From Candidatus Levyibacteriota bacterium (GTDB lineage: Bacteria; Patescibacteriota; Microgenomatia; Levybacterales; UBA12049): a DNA stretch of 64,000 nt. The stretch is taken from assembly GCA_016214555.1 (NCBI GenBank), contig JACROF010000002.1:5416-69415 (forward strand), read 5' to 3'. A model generated the notes under the pieces. That model saw only the letters and a list, made by a program, of their open reading frames with translations. It did no database searches and was not told the origin of the DNA. Position numbers and translations under genes: made by a program. Position 1 is the first letter of the stretch. Each line of letters opens with the position of its first letter. Positions 27,672 through 37,296 of this stretch are shown here, in pieces.

Positions 27672-28718
27672 TTAAGAATTTTTAAGCTGTTCTTTAAACC
27701 AATCCACCCAGGGATTTACAGCTGGGTCTTGGTCGTATCTGAGGGAAAGAAAAAGAGTGAGATATGAACCATAAGCAAGCACTTCTAAGAAGTCGTCATA
27801 AATACTTTGTCCCGAGGTCATAAATTCATGGAGTTCATGATTGTTTTGTTTTACAACGTCAATTGTTAATTGCATTCTCTTTTTGATTTTTGATGAATAA
27901 TTTTGTGAATTTAGAAAAAGAAAATGAAGGTTGTGATCTTTGGGAAATTGTAGCCCCTCCATAAGGTGATGATTGAGATCTGGAACTACATAATAGCAAG
28001 AGAAAGTTTTTGCTGTTTCGTTACATTGATTTCTAAGAATTTGACCATTTCCTGATAAATGCTCTGCGGTAATAATGACAGGAATTTTATTTTGAAAGAT
28101 TTCAAATTCTCTGTGCGCTTGTCCTTTGATCTCAGGCAATTTTTCCTCAAGTCTTGTTATCGCATCTAAAATTTCTCTTTCTTCGATATTGATAATTCGT
28201 GCCTTATTAAGAAGACCAATCAAACCCAGTATGGTATACCCATTGCCGAGTCGCGGAACACCAGATGGGTTGAGTTTTCCGTCAAAAATATAGGAAGGGA
28301 TAGCGTTTTCTTTTGCAAATTCCAAGAGGGGTCCTCCTTTTGTTAGGATAAGCATTTTAGCATCTCTTGCTTTTGCTTCTTTCGCACACGACAAAACCTC
28401 TTCTGTTGTTCCTGAGTATGAGGTTAGAACAACGAGTGTATGTTCGTCTACATAGGTAGGAAGGTGGTAATCTGTTACTATCTCGCTAGGATATGCTATC
28501 TCAAGTCCCAGCAGTGCTTTTGTAACTAAAGCTCCATAAATTGAAGCTCCCATGCCACAAAACACTATGTTAACAATGCCATTTGTATCAAAAGATATAT
28601 CTAGCTTTGAGATATCTTCCCAGGCTGCCTTGCATTGCTTGACCAAAAGTTCCGTTGAAGCAAAAGTATCTCGTGGATCAATTTTTTTAATACCTTCAAT
28701 ATCTAAAACATTTTGCAT
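27672..28718 (-). CDS. Bifunctional phosphoglucose/phosphomannose isomerase (SIS domain)
   Basis: GMGAS, SYSGTTEE, NETAK, DLNHH..EG. Confidence 0.85.
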   Translation of the reverse strand: MQNVLDIEGIKKIDPRDTFASTELLVKQCKAAWEDISKLDISFDTNGIVNIVFCGMGASIYGALVTKALLGLEIAYPSEIVTDYHLPTYVDEHTLVVLTSYSGTTEEVLSCAKEAKARDAKMLILTKGGPLLEFAKENAIPSYIFDGKLNPSGVPRLGNGYTILGLIGLLNKARIINIEEREILDAITRLEEKLPEIKGQAHREFEIFQNKIPVIITAEHLSGNGQILRNQCNETAKTFSCYYVVPDLNHHLMEGLQFPKDHNLHFLFLNSQNYSSKIKKRMQLTIDVVKQNNHELHEFMTSGQSIYDDFLEVLAYGSYLTLFLSLRYDQDPAVNPWVDWFKEQLKNS

Positions 28719-28719
28719 A

Positions 28720-29163
28720 TTATCCGTTCCAGCCTCTATTAGGAAGTTTTCTCATGTCTTCTGTTTCATCTGGTCTTTTATAATCATCCTCAAGTCTATA
28801 AGTTACTCCTTCCTCAGGGGTGGAGACTTCTAGCACTTCAGCATCAGTTATTCCAACAAGCCTATGTCTTTGTCCCACCTGGCTTGTGTATCCTTTGCCC
28901 TCCTCTAGCTCTGTTTCAACAAGATTGCCGTTGTCATCATCCCAAAGGAGTTTCATTCGCCCACTTTTTAAAAACCAGCTTTCTTGTTTTTTATCGTGGA
29001 CTTGGAGAGATAGCCTTGCACCTTTGTTGACATGAAGTACTTTTCCCATATAGGGGAGGTTATCAGGTGTCCAGTGAAGCTCAAATCCCCAAGGCTTCTC
29101 TACTCTTTTTATATAAGAATCATTACTAAAAGGAGTCTTCTTAAATTGCTTGTAATCCTGCAT
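28720..29163 (-). CDS. Cupin protein (mannose-6-phosphate isomerase-like); start likely ATG 29163
   Basis: VEKPWG.E, LSLQVHDKKQES, HRL, EVSTPE, RLEDDY. Confidence 0.85.
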   Translation of the reverse strand: MQDYKQFKKTPFSNDSYIKRVEKPWGFELHWTPDNLPYMGKVLHVNKGARLSLQVHDKKQESWFLKSGRMKLLWDDDNGNLVETELEEGKGYTSQVGQRHRLVGITDAEVLEVSTPEEGVTYRLEDDYKRPDETEDMRKLPNRGWNG

Positions 29164-29164
29164 A

Positions 29165-30565
29165 CTAGTGGCTTGCGTGAGATACGTCTTCCTTTGCAAC
29201 TGACTTAATAAGACTTATTACCTCGTCGCGTTTTTGCTCCATAGTATCTCGAGTAAGAGCTTCGAGATTAAATCTTAAAAGTGGCTCAGTGTTTGATGTT
29301 CTAAGACTCATTCGCCAATCTGGATAACTTATAATCACGCCATCAAGGTCTGAAAACTCACCATCATGATAGGTTGATTTGATATGATCCATGATCTCTT
29401 GCGCATTTGTTACTGCAAAATTTATCTCTCCCGACTCAAAAGCACTTTGATATTCTTTCGCTACTTCAGAAAGAGGCTTGTTTTCCTCGGTTAAAATTTT
29501 CATTACTGCGATAATGGTGATAACTTGTGACTCCGCATTCCCTGTTGCATTGTAGTAATAATGCGCAGAGGCTTCACCAGCCATTAACGCTCCTGAATTG
29601 GTCATGAGCTCCGTGATAAACGCATGGCCTGTTTTGGAGATCAAAACTTCACCACCCCATGCTTCAACGTTCTTTTTAACAGTGAGGCTGTATTTTGCAT
29701 CAACGACTACCTTGCTTTTTGGGAATTCTTTAAAGAGCTCTTTAGCAATCATACTTGTGATCACAGATGGAGACACAACATCACCTTTCTCATCTAAGAT
29801 AAAAAGTCTATCACCATCGCCATCAGGTACAAGTCCAAGATCAGCGTTGACTTCTTGAAGCTTTTTTTGTGCATAAACAAGATTCTTTGGCTGCATAGGA
29901 TCTGGCTGATGAACTGGAAAGGTGCCGTCAAGATCAAAATTCATCTTAACAAGATCAATAGGCAACTTACTTGCAAGAGCGTTCAAATAGGGGATACCCA
30001 TCGCGTTTGCAGGATCGGCAACTATCTTAAACTGTTTGAGAGTAGGATTTCCTAAAAGGTTTAGGGCATTTTGCACTTCTGCCTGTGTGATATCGCTTTG
30101 ATCCTCTTCTGTACCTTCTTTTTTGGGAGGATTTACTCCTTGCAATGCTAAATCTCTTACATCTTCCATACCTGTTGGTTTTCCAATTTTGAGAAGACCT
30201 TTTGGAGTGTTGATAACAAATTTCATTCCAGTGTACTCTTTGGGGTTATGTGATGCCGTTACGGTAATTCCTGTTTCATATCCAAAATGAGAAACTGCAA
30301 AATAAAACGTAGGCGTTGATACGAGTCCAAGGTTAACAACGTGTGCTCCAGCTTCTAAAAGAGCTTTGCGAACGCTTTCGACCATACTTGGAGAGGATAC
30401 CCTCATATCCCATCCAAGAGCAACCGTTATTTGATCCTTATTAAGTTTCTTTTGAAAAAATGTATAAATTGCTTTAGCAATTTGAGCACCCTTTGCTTCG
30501 TCAAGATCGGTGGGGTAAATACCGCGGATATCGTATGCCTTGAAGATCTTTGGATCTATATCCAT
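29165..30565 (-). CDS. manB: Phosphomannomutase/phosphoglucomutase
   Basis: FKAYDIRG, TASHNP, DGDGDR, GEASAH, RTSNTEP. Confidence 0.93.
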   Translation of the reverse strand: MDIDPKIFKAYDIRGIYPTDLDEAKGAQIAKAIYTFFQKKLNKDQITVALGWDMRVSSPSMVESVRKALLEAGAHVVNLGLVSTPTFYFAVSHFGYETGITVTASHNPKEYTGMKFVINTPKGLLKIGKPTGMEDVRDLALQGVNPPKKEGTEEDQSDITQAEVQNALNLLGNPTLKQFKIVADPANAMGIPYLNALASKLPIDLVKMNFDLDGTFPVHQPDPMQPKNLVYAQKKLQEVNADLGLVPDGDGDRLFILDEKGDVVSPSVITSMIAKELFKEFPKSKVVVDAKYSLTVKKNVEAWGGEVLISKTGHAFITELMTNSGALMAGEASAHYYYNATGNAESQVITIIAVMKILTEENKPLSEVAKEYQSAFESGEINFAVTNAQEIMDHIKSTYHDGEFSDLDGVIISYPDWRMSLRTSNTEPLLRFNLEALTRDTMEQKRDEVISLIKSVAKEDVSHASH

Positions 30566-30574
30566 GAACCAATA

Positions 30575-31267
30575 TTAGATATCGCTAAGAAAAATGTCAA
30601 GCGAGACATGGAGTGGTGTCGCAAGGTTTCCTGTTTTTAGATCCTGATCAATTTGTGCTAATGCTAGATACAAACGTTTTAATTCTCTTTTGGGAAAAAG
30701 CTTTGCTTGTTTTTGCATTTTTGCGGCCTGCCATGGTGCAAGTCTCTTTACTTCATCAATGTAGGAGTCTGTTTGATCGCTTAGGGCAAGAAGTATACGC
30801 AACTGTCTGACCAACATAAAAAAGACCATTTCTCCCTCTATCGTCTCCAAAACTCTTTGGTGAAGCATGATCAACTGTTTTCCAGCATTTGGCTTGATAC
30901 TGTCAAGAAAAAGGAAAAGCGTCTGGGGGAGTTTAAACGTTTTGATTGTTGCGTGCTTAAAATAGGAAAGGCTTTTTTTGTCTAGTTCTTTGTCTTCCCA
31001 CAGAAATATCTCGTGTTCTAATGTTTTGCTTTGGATATACGATAAGATTGCTTCAAATTCAGATGATTTTTTTCTTCTTTTAAAAAAATACTCCACTAGG
31101 TACGTCTTTGAGGTAACAAACAACCCGCCACCGTCCATCTCTTGCATGAGCTCTGTAAGCGATGTGGACTCACCGTCTAGTGTGACTGTATTGGAAAATT
31201 TTGTTTTGAGCTCATTAAAGTAATTTCTTGAGGAGGCGGTGTCATCACCGTGAATAATGGTAATCAT
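30575..31267 (-). CDS. holA: DNA polymerase III delta-like subunit (shortened HolA)
   Basis: N-term IIHGDD..S, C-term MLVRQLR...PWQ..K...QA..F...L..ID..LKTG. Confidence 0.65.
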   Translation of the reverse strand: MITIIHGDDTASSRNYFNELKTKFSNTVTLDGESTSLTELMQEMDGGGLFVTSKTYLVEYFFKRRKKSSEFEAILSYIQSKTLEHEIFLWEDKELDKKSLSYFKHATIKTFKLPQTLFLFLDSIKPNAGKQLIMLHQRVLETIEGEMVFFMLVRQLRILLALSDQTDSYIDEVKRLAPWQAAKMQKQAKLFPKRELKRLYLALAQIDQDLKTGNLATPLHVSLDIFLSDI

Positions 31268-31274
31268 ACACGGA

Positions 31275-32411
31275 TTATATCTTCATTAGCCATTTAAAAG
31301 TAGACTGTAAAGCCTTAGACAGTGAGATTTTTGATTTTGGCTTGTCTTCAGAGCTAAAGCTTTTTACTAAAGTAGTAGTATTAGCCTGTGTAACAACGCT
31401 TAAAACTTCAGGAGAGAGGATAGGTTGACCTTTGATTTTTATCATATTTTTAATTGCTTGATACTGTTCTGTTGGATTTCCATCCTCTGTCATAAATGAA
31501 AATTTAGCAAAGGGTCCTGAAGCACGAAGGATAAATGGGGTTATAGCAACAATTCCTTTGTCAGACCATGCATTGCTTAGAGCGTCCATGTAGTATGATG
31601 CTCTGTCCTTGTCTGAGATTTTTTCATTTGACCACCCTGTCTCAGTAATAAATATAGGGTGAGACTTGGAACTCATTTTTTGAATAAACTTTCTTTCAAA
31701 ATAAAAACTGACAATACTTGATGAAGAAACAACGCTAGGTGGTTGTGAAAATCCGGGATTTGGATATGAGTGACTCGCCAGTCCATCTACCTGATTAAAA
31801 ATACCAGGTACCTCACCATTCATTCGATCAAAGAATGAGTATTGGTTGATATAGGTCGATCCTTGATTTGGGGCTGCATTATCCATGCCGCTGCTAATCA
31901 TAAAAAAATCCTGATTGATTGACTTAAAAACCGTCACGGCATAAGACAAAAGTTGTGCATACTCTGCAGGATTTGCTTCTCCTCCCCATTCATCTCCTCT
32001 GTTGACTTCGTTAAATACGATAACGTATCTATTTTTTGTAGGCCATTCAAGTGAGTTGAGGAAATTTGCAAAATCAAGGATATCTGTCTCATCGGGTTTT
32101 CTCCATACGTGTGTATTAAAATAATCTCCCTCCGTTGCTAGACGAATAATAGGAATTAAATGTTTTTCTTTTGCTTTATCCATGAATTCCTGCCACTTTT
32201 TAAGATCTTTGTCTCCTGATTGAATTGGGATGAGTACATATCCCCAGTCACCATTATTGCCGTTTACTAGCTGAGCAGCATCATCAAGTTCGGTTGTAAA
32301 CAAAATATGAATACCTATTTTGTTGTTTGGCACTGATAGTGGATCTTCAAGAGCAAGTGCTGGTGTTGAAGTAAAAAGGAGAAGAGTCAGTATAAGAAGA
32401 ATTTTTTTCAT
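31275..32411 (-). CDS. Secreted clan GH-A glycoside hydrolase-like protein
   Basis: Signal peptide; FNEVN acid/base, SHSYP, IFITETGW nucleophile. Confidence 0.75.
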   Translation of the reverse strand: MKKILLILTLLLFTSTPALALEDPLSVPNNKIGIHILFTTELDDAAQLVNGNNGDWGYVLIPIQSGDKDLKKWQEFMDKAKEKHLIPIIRLATEGDYFNTHVWRKPDETDILDFANFLNSLEWPTKNRYVIVFNEVNRGDEWGGEANPAEYAQLLSYAVTVFKSINQDFFMISSGMDNAAPNQGSTYINQYSFFDRMNGEVPGIFNQVDGLASHSYPNPGFSQPPSVVSSSSIVSFYFERKFIQKMSSKSHPIFITETGWSNEKISDKDRASYYMDALSNAWSDKGIVAITPFILRASGPFAKFSFMTEDGNPTEQYQAIKNMIKIKGQPILSPEVLSVVTQANTTTLVKSFSSEDKPKSKISLSKALQSTFKWLMKI

Positions 32412-32489
32412 GGCTATATATTATAGCAGCTTTGGCAAGTTGGTATTAGTCTTATAGTCATATGTCTGTATCTGAGGTATAATAGAATG

Positions 32490-33443
32490 ATGCAAAATAT
32501 CTGGCAATTACTTCCAAGACCATTTTTTGTCTTGGCTCCAATGGAAGACGTCACAGACACTGTTTTTCGTCAAATTGTTGTTTCTTGTGGCAAGCCGGAC
32601 CTTTTTTTGACCGAGTTCACCAATGTTGATGGGTTATTTTCAGCTGGCCGTGATATGGTAATAAAAAGATTTGATTTTTCAAAAAAGGAACTTCCACTTG
32701 TTGCTCAAATTTGGGGGATTTATCCAGAAAACTACTTTAAAGCAGCAAAGCTAATCGTATCTATGGGATTTAGTGGTATTGATATCAATATGGGCTGTCC
32801 TGAGAGAAAAGTAGTAAAGATGGGTGCGTGTTCGGCTTTGATGAACAACAAATCGCTAGCTAAAGAGATTATTCAAGCAACAAAAGCAGGAGCGGGAAAT
32901 CTTCCATTAAGCATCAAGACTAGGATTGGGCTTGCGGAAATTCAGACTGAGAACTGGATCGGATTTCTTCTTGAGCAAGATTTAGATGCGATCACCATTC
33001 ATGGCAGGACTGTCAAAGAAATGTCTGAGGTTCCTGCTCATTGGGATGAGATTGGGAAAGCAGTAAGTCTTCGAAATAGCATGCAAAAAAAGACACTAAT
33101 CGTTGGCAATGGAGATATATTGTCCCGTAAAGAGGCTTCAGAAAAAGTAGAGACTACCAGTGTTGATGGTGTGATGATAGGTAGGGGAATATTTCATGAC
33201 CCGTGGTTATTTAATACCAAACACTTTGGCGATTTGGTGTCAAAAGAGGAGAAAATTACAAAACTTATCGAGCATATTTCTCTTTTTACATCATACTGGG
33301 GTGACAAAAAACGCCACGCAATTCTTAAAAAATTTTACAAATGTTATATCAATGGTTTTTCTGGGGCATCTGAATTGAGGTCTGAGTTAATGCTTAAAAC
33401 TCCTCTTGAGGCAGTTGCAACGCTTCGAGCCATTGCTCAGTAG
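32490..33443 (+). CDS. dus: tRNA-dihydrouridine synthase
   Basis: LAPMEDVTD, DINMGCP, KTRIG, IHGRT, GNGDI, GVMIGRG. Confidence 0.93.
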   Translation: MQNIWQLLPRPFFVLAPMEDVTDTVFRQIVVSCGKPDLFLTEFTNVDGLFSAGRDMVIKRFDFSKKELPLVAQIWGIYPENYFKAAKLIVSMGFSGIDINMGCPERKVVKMGACSALMNNKSLAKEIIQATKAGAGNLPLSIKTRIGLAEIQTENWIGFLLEQDLDAITIHGRTVKEMSEVPAHWDEIGKAVSLRNSMQKKTLIVGNGDILSRKEASEKVETTSVDGVMIGRGIFHDPWLFNTKHFGDLVSKEEKITKLIEHISLFTSYWGDKKRHAILKKFYKCYINGFSGASELRSELMLKTPLEAVATLRAIAQ

Positions 33444-33469
33444 AGATTTTTGATTTAAGATAAAAAAGT

Positions 33470-33652
33470 ATGTTTGATGGCATCGATCAGAAAAAATTGC
33501 TTCAGGCAATTGTGGTGGTTATAGCTTTTGGGGTCTTTGCTCTTTCACTGACTTATATTGTTCCTCTCCTTGGTCTCATAGCTGCAGTCTCAGTTGTAGG
33601 CGCTATAGGTTACGCCCTCTATCTTTTCTTCACTGGGAAAAAGAAAGTTTAA
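33470..33652 (+). CDS. Small two-TM hypothetical protein
   Basis: 60 aa, two hydrophobic helices, basic tail. Confidence 0.7.
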   Translation: MFDGIDQKKLLQAIVVVIAFGVFALSLTYIVPLLGLIAAVSVVGAIGYALYLFFTGKKKV

Positions 33653-33728
33653 CTCCAAAAACTAATCTTATAGTTTTAATTCATTATTTTTTTTGCTATA
33701 CTTGTCATCGATCGAAATCTTCGGTCAA

Positions 33729-33740
33729 GCCCTTTTACAA
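33729..33740 (+). promoter_or_regulatory. boxA-like leader element GCCCTTTTACAA
   Basis: After TGCTATACT and hairpin GATCGAA/TTCGGTC, before AGGAGG SD. Confidence 0.55.
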
Positions 33741-33758
33741 CTTTCACAGGAGGGAGAA

Positions 33759-34649
33759 ATGTTTGACGACATTCCGCGTAGTCAAGTAACCGTGCGGGAG
33801 GGTTCTCTTCACCACAGAATGTATATGTGGTGGAGGAGTCATGGTGGGGGAAACCGCCGTGGGTACAAAGAAAACCTCTGTCATTACATGAGGGTTGTTT
33901 TGATATACACTCCGTTCCTTTGGTTTTTTATAGTCCCGTTGGGAGACAAGAATTCCAAAGTGAGAGGGGTTCGTCCCTTCATGATTCCGTTCTCTATTCT
34001 CACGGTCTTTTCACTATGGTATCTCGCCACTACTTGGCCTGGAGAGTTTCTCTTTTGGTTGGAAGTAGCTGCTGGTACTTTGGTGTTTGTGGTTTTGGCA
34101 TTTCTAGGCATTGCCTGGCTAGATTACAACGAAGCGCGAGTGAGCGCATTCTTTGTCAGGTTAGGACATCGACTACGATTTTTAGAGGTTTCCCTTTTCC
34201 TGGCTATCTGGATCGGTAGTCGCATCGGAAGATTGGTGAGCTGGCTTGTAAAGAGGGTTATAGTACCTTTTGCCCGTTGGTTTGTAACACCATATCTTCG
34301 CTATGTCTACCCTCTAGGCGTAGTCTGCCTGGGAGTCATCATTGCGCTCTGCTGGCATTGGCCAGATGAAGCACTAAAGACGCTTCTCATAGGACTACTT
34401 AGCCTAGCTTGTGGAGTTGCAGGTGTTGGAGGCTTTTTCCTCTTGGCTTGGCTGTTTGACGGTGACTCATTTGACCTTGGTGGTAAAATCAAGGCAAGGT
34501 TTCCTGGCGACAAAGAGCCAGCAGTTGTCAAGGAAAAAGGTACAAGTCTTGTCATGCTCATCGTGCGATTTATTGTCGCGCGAAAGTTTAAGATCTGTCC
34601 CTTTATCAATCTTCCAGAAGATTCTGTTGCGCCTGCCACAAATTCGTGA
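33759..34649 (+). CDS. Hypothetical multi-TM protein (start ATG 33759)
   Basis: AGGAGG SD; N-term HH..Y.WW...NLCHY, C-term KFKICPFI; own terminator. Confidence 0.8.
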   Translation: MFDDIPRSQVTVREGSLHHRMYMWWRSHGGGNRRGYKENLCHYMRVVLIYTPFLWFFIVPLGDKNSKVRGVRPFMIPFSILTVFSLWYLATTWPGEFLFWLEVAAGTLVFVVLAFLGIAWLDYNEARVSAFFVRLGHRLRFLEVSLFLAIWIGSRIGRLVSWLVKRVIVPFARWFVTPYLRYVYPLGVVCLGVIIALCWHWPDEALKTLLIGLLSLACGVAGVGGFFLLAWLFDGDSFDLGGKIKARFPGDKEPAVVKEKGTSLVMLIVRFIVARKFKICPFINLPEDSVAPATNS

Positions 34650-34656
34650 AAGTTAT

Positions 34657-34685
34657 GGGCGGTGTTGTTACACCGCCCTTTTTTT
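34657..34685 (+). terminator. Intrinsic terminator
   Basis: GGGCGGTGT/ACACCGCCC stem plus T7. Confidence 0.88.
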
Positions 34686-34689
34686 GTAC

Positions 34690-34721
34690 AAAAAAACCCG
34701 TACCGGAAAACCGATACGGGT
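34690..34721 (-). terminator. Intrinsic terminator of 34741..35235
   Basis: ACCCGTA/TACGGGT outer stem with inner CGG/CCG, T-tract on the minus strand. Confidence 0.78.
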
Positions 34722-34740
34722 AGAATTTATTTCAGCGCCA

Positions 34741-35235
34741 TTAATCAGGTGTGTTATCAATAATTGCCATTGGCTGGCTCATAACAAGATCGCCAATGGT
34801 GAAGTTTCCTGACAAGTATCTTCTTTTGCTCTCTCCATTCAGTTTTGCTCCAGGGGCAAGTAATATCTCCTGCTCGGTAACTCCGAGGTCATCAAGGAAT
34901 CCTTGCGTGTCAGCAATAATCTTATCAACCATTTCTTTGAGGCTATCTCTCATGTCTTTAACAAAAGAGATTAGAAGGTCGCTTCTGATAATGCCACTTG
35001 GTTGAGCATCAACAACGTCTTTGACGTAATCCCCGTCAAGCAGAAAATCAAGACACCTGACTTTAGCTTGCAAAAGATTTACTAAATTAACAGGTTTGTC
35101 CATCAGATCAGCAAGAACCTCTGCTAATTGTTCAAAATATGGTAAAGCAACTCCTTGGATTGCTTTTGACTGTCGAAGAAATACGGGATCTTCAGAGATC
35201 TTTTTCCGAAGAGCTTTTCTCGTTGAAGTAGACAC
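34741..35235 (-). CDS. Hypothetical helical protein
   Basis: 164 aa, GTG start with AGGAGG SD, boxA-like GCATTTTCACAC at 35249-35260. Confidence 0.75.
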   Translation of the reverse strand: MSTSTRKALRKKISEDPVFLRQSKAIQGVALPYFEQLAEVLADLMDKPVNLVNLLQAKVRCLDFLLDGDYVKDVVDAQPSGIIRSDLLISFVKDMRDSLKEMVDKIIADTQGFLDDLGVTEQEILLAPGAKLNGESKRRYLSGNFTIGDLVMSQPMAIIDNTPD

Positions 35236-35364
35236 TTAATTGCCTCCTGTGTGAAAATGCGCACTTTTGTGCGGCTATCAAAATAGACAGCATACTAAGT
35301 ATGCGTTGAGCAAGCCTACTATGCTATCTATTTTTGTATCAATGTGCGCAGGAATATTATGTTG

Positions 35365-35436
35365 TGAGCCGGACAGGATTCGAACCTGTGACCAAGAGCT
35401 TAAAAGGCTCCTGCTCTACCGCTGAGCTACCGGCCC
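35365..35436 (-). tRNA. tRNA-Lys(TTT)
   Basis: Acceptor GGGCCGG/CCGGCTC, anticodon arm GGAGC-CT-TTT-AA-GCTCT, GGTTCGAAT. Confidence 0.95.
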
Positions 35437-35439
35437 CAA

Positions 35440-35540
35440 GTGGGACAAACCTCGCGGTTTTTCCCAACGATTTCCCTTTAAGGATTGCAAAATCGGAACT
35501 CCTGGAATCATCGATTTTGCACTTCTAAATCGTTTCCCAT
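35440..35540 (-). repeat. Nested inverted-repeat element in tRNA-Lys leader
   Basis: AACGATTT/AAATCGTT and TGCAAAATCG/CGATTTTGCA stems plus a GCGA-tetraloop hairpin. Confidence 0.65.
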
Positions 35541-35676
35541 CATTTTTCAATTTTGGGTTAATAGATTATATCAAGCTAGCCTCCTCCTTGACAAGCGTAT
35601 AGCACGAGAATAGACTATGTGTAATACAGCATGATCTTTACGTTACTTACCCTACAAAAGAAAGGAGGTGACACAT

Positions 35677-36339
35677 ATGAAAGGAAATGTTGGTGATTCA
35701 CTCATTGGATCAATTAGAGAGAGCTTTTACAGCGCTGCTACTTTTCTCCCCAATTTTTTAGCTGGTCTTATTATCCTTCTCATCGGCCTTGTTGTTGGCT
35801 CAATTGTTAAAAGACTCGTTTTGGGTCTATTTGAAGGTCTAAAATTGGAATCTTATCTCAATAAATACGGGATTCCTGAAGGGAAAAAAGACTATAGCTG
35901 GGCAAACATATTCTCAGAAGTAGCGCGGTGGTTTGTGATTATTATCTTCTTGATCCCAACTGCTGACGTCTGGAATCTTCCACAAATCACAACGGTTCTT
36001 AATACATTCTTGTTGTATTTACCAAACGTTTTTGTCGCGGCGATTATCGGTATGGTGGGACTCGCTTTTGCGAGACTTGCTAGCGACATAGTTATGGGAT
36101 CTGCAAGAGGAATATCTCCTGAGGTTGCAAATCTTTTGGCATCAATTACTCGCTGGGCAATAACGATTTTTGTCGTTCTTGCTGTACTCACACAGCTAGG
36201 GGTCGCTGCTGATCTTATCAGAATTCTATTTACAGGATTTGTTGCAATGATTGCGCTTGCTGGAGGTATTGCATTTGGACTTGGAGGACAAGATTCGGCT
36301 AGGGCGGTATTGGACGCTTTAAGAAGAAAGATAAAATAA
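35677..36339 (+). CDS. Mechanosensitive-channel-associated TM helix repeat protein (CmpX-like)
   Basis: Two LP...A..I...G repeats (FLPNFLAG, YLPNVFVA), C-term ALAGGIAFGLGG; AAAGGAGGTG SD. Confidence 0.82.
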   Translation: MKGNVGDSLIGSIRESFYSAATFLPNFLAGLIILLIGLVVGSIVKRLVLGLFEGLKLESYLNKYGIPEGKKDYSWANIFSEVARWFVIIIFLIPTADVWNLPQITTVLNTFLLYLPNVFVAAIIGMVGLAFARLASDIVMGSARGISPEVANLLASITRWAITIFVVLAVLTQLGVAADLIRILFTGFVAMIALAGGIAFGLGGQDSARAVLDALRRKIK

Positions 36340-36412
36340 GTTGTCTAACAAGCACCTTTTCGCTATAATAAGTCAGGCTATTCGTCAAAGAATGGCCTGA
36401 TTTTTATAGATC

Positions 36413-36485
36413 GGCCCGTTCGTTCAGTGGTTAGGACTCGTGGTTTTCAGCCACGCAATCGGGGGTTCGAATCCCCCACGGGTCA
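36413..36485 (+). tRNA. tRNA-Glu(TTC)
   Basis: Acceptor GGCCCGT/ACGGGTC, anticodon arm CGTGG-TT-TTC-AG-CCACG, GGTTCGAAT. Confidence 0.95.
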
Positions 36486-36559
36486 CAACAAAAAGTTCTG
36501 CGCATTATACTTGGGTTTTTGATATAGAATTCATCATTAAAATAAGATAGACTATTCAC

Positions 36560-37198
36560 ATGACAGAAAATACTTTTGGCAAAGATAACATTATTCCTTT
36601 CCGCCCTCGGTCAACTGACCGACCTAAACCCCCCGTGCCATCCCTACCACCACGTGCTGGTGATCTTGAGAGTTTGGTCAGTCTTTTAGGTCATAGAGAC
36701 GTTGCAGCTATTAAGCCTGGTTTTACGATCCATGATATGGATGGCCTCTATGATGATTCTCAACTGCTTATGGCTGGAGAGTCATTGGCTGAAAAACTTG
36801 AAGCACTCAAAGAGATGGAGGATCAGAGGAAGGCAGCTATGTTGAGAGAGCAGCTGGAGGAGGATGCATTTAGGGCAAGGAGGGATTTTATTAGCGCAAA
36901 TGTCAGCGGAAAAGGGAGAGAGTTGGCATACAAGGACCTTTTTGAACATACATTTGCAGTTGCCGGGGAATTTGGAGATGAAGAGTTAAGACTTCGTTTG
37001 CGTGGGAGAGCAATTCTTCTTGCAAGAGATGTATTTGGAGATCGTACAGCAAGTAAAATGATTGAGAGGGCAGGTCTTGTAGCATTTGCCAATGAAAATC
37101 CTGGATCACGTAACGTTGTTAAAAATGGTTCTGCGACTGATAGTCCTGAGTCAGGTAATCCTCACTCCAAGATCCTTCAATTTAGAAGTAAAAAATAA
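36560..37198 (+). CDS. Hypothetical protein
   Basis: 212-aa ORF, TAGACT 6 nt before ATG; Pro-rich N-terminus, coiled segment. Confidence 0.7.
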   Translation: MTENTFGKDNIIPFRPRSTDRPKPPVPSLPPRAGDLESLVSLLGHRDVAAIKPGFTIHDMDGLYDDSQLLMAGESLAEKLEALKEMEDQRKAAMLREQLEEDAFRARRDFISANVSGKGRELAYKDLFEHTFAVAGEFGDEELRLRLRGRAILLARDVFGDRTASKMIERAGLVAFANENPGSRNVVKNGSATDSPESGNPHSKILQFRSKK

Positions 37199-37256
37199 TT
37201 TTTACATCCTATATTTTTGTCCTCAGAGCATATTTATGATAAAATCACGGCTAGTT

Positions 37257-37268
37257 GTTCATTGACAG
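37257..37268 (+). promoter_or_regulatory. boxA-like leader element GTTCATTGACAG
   Basis: Between TGATAAAAT and AAAGGA SD. Confidence 0.5.
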
Positions 37269-37296
37269 TGTAGTTTTTTTCACGAAAGGAAAGACA

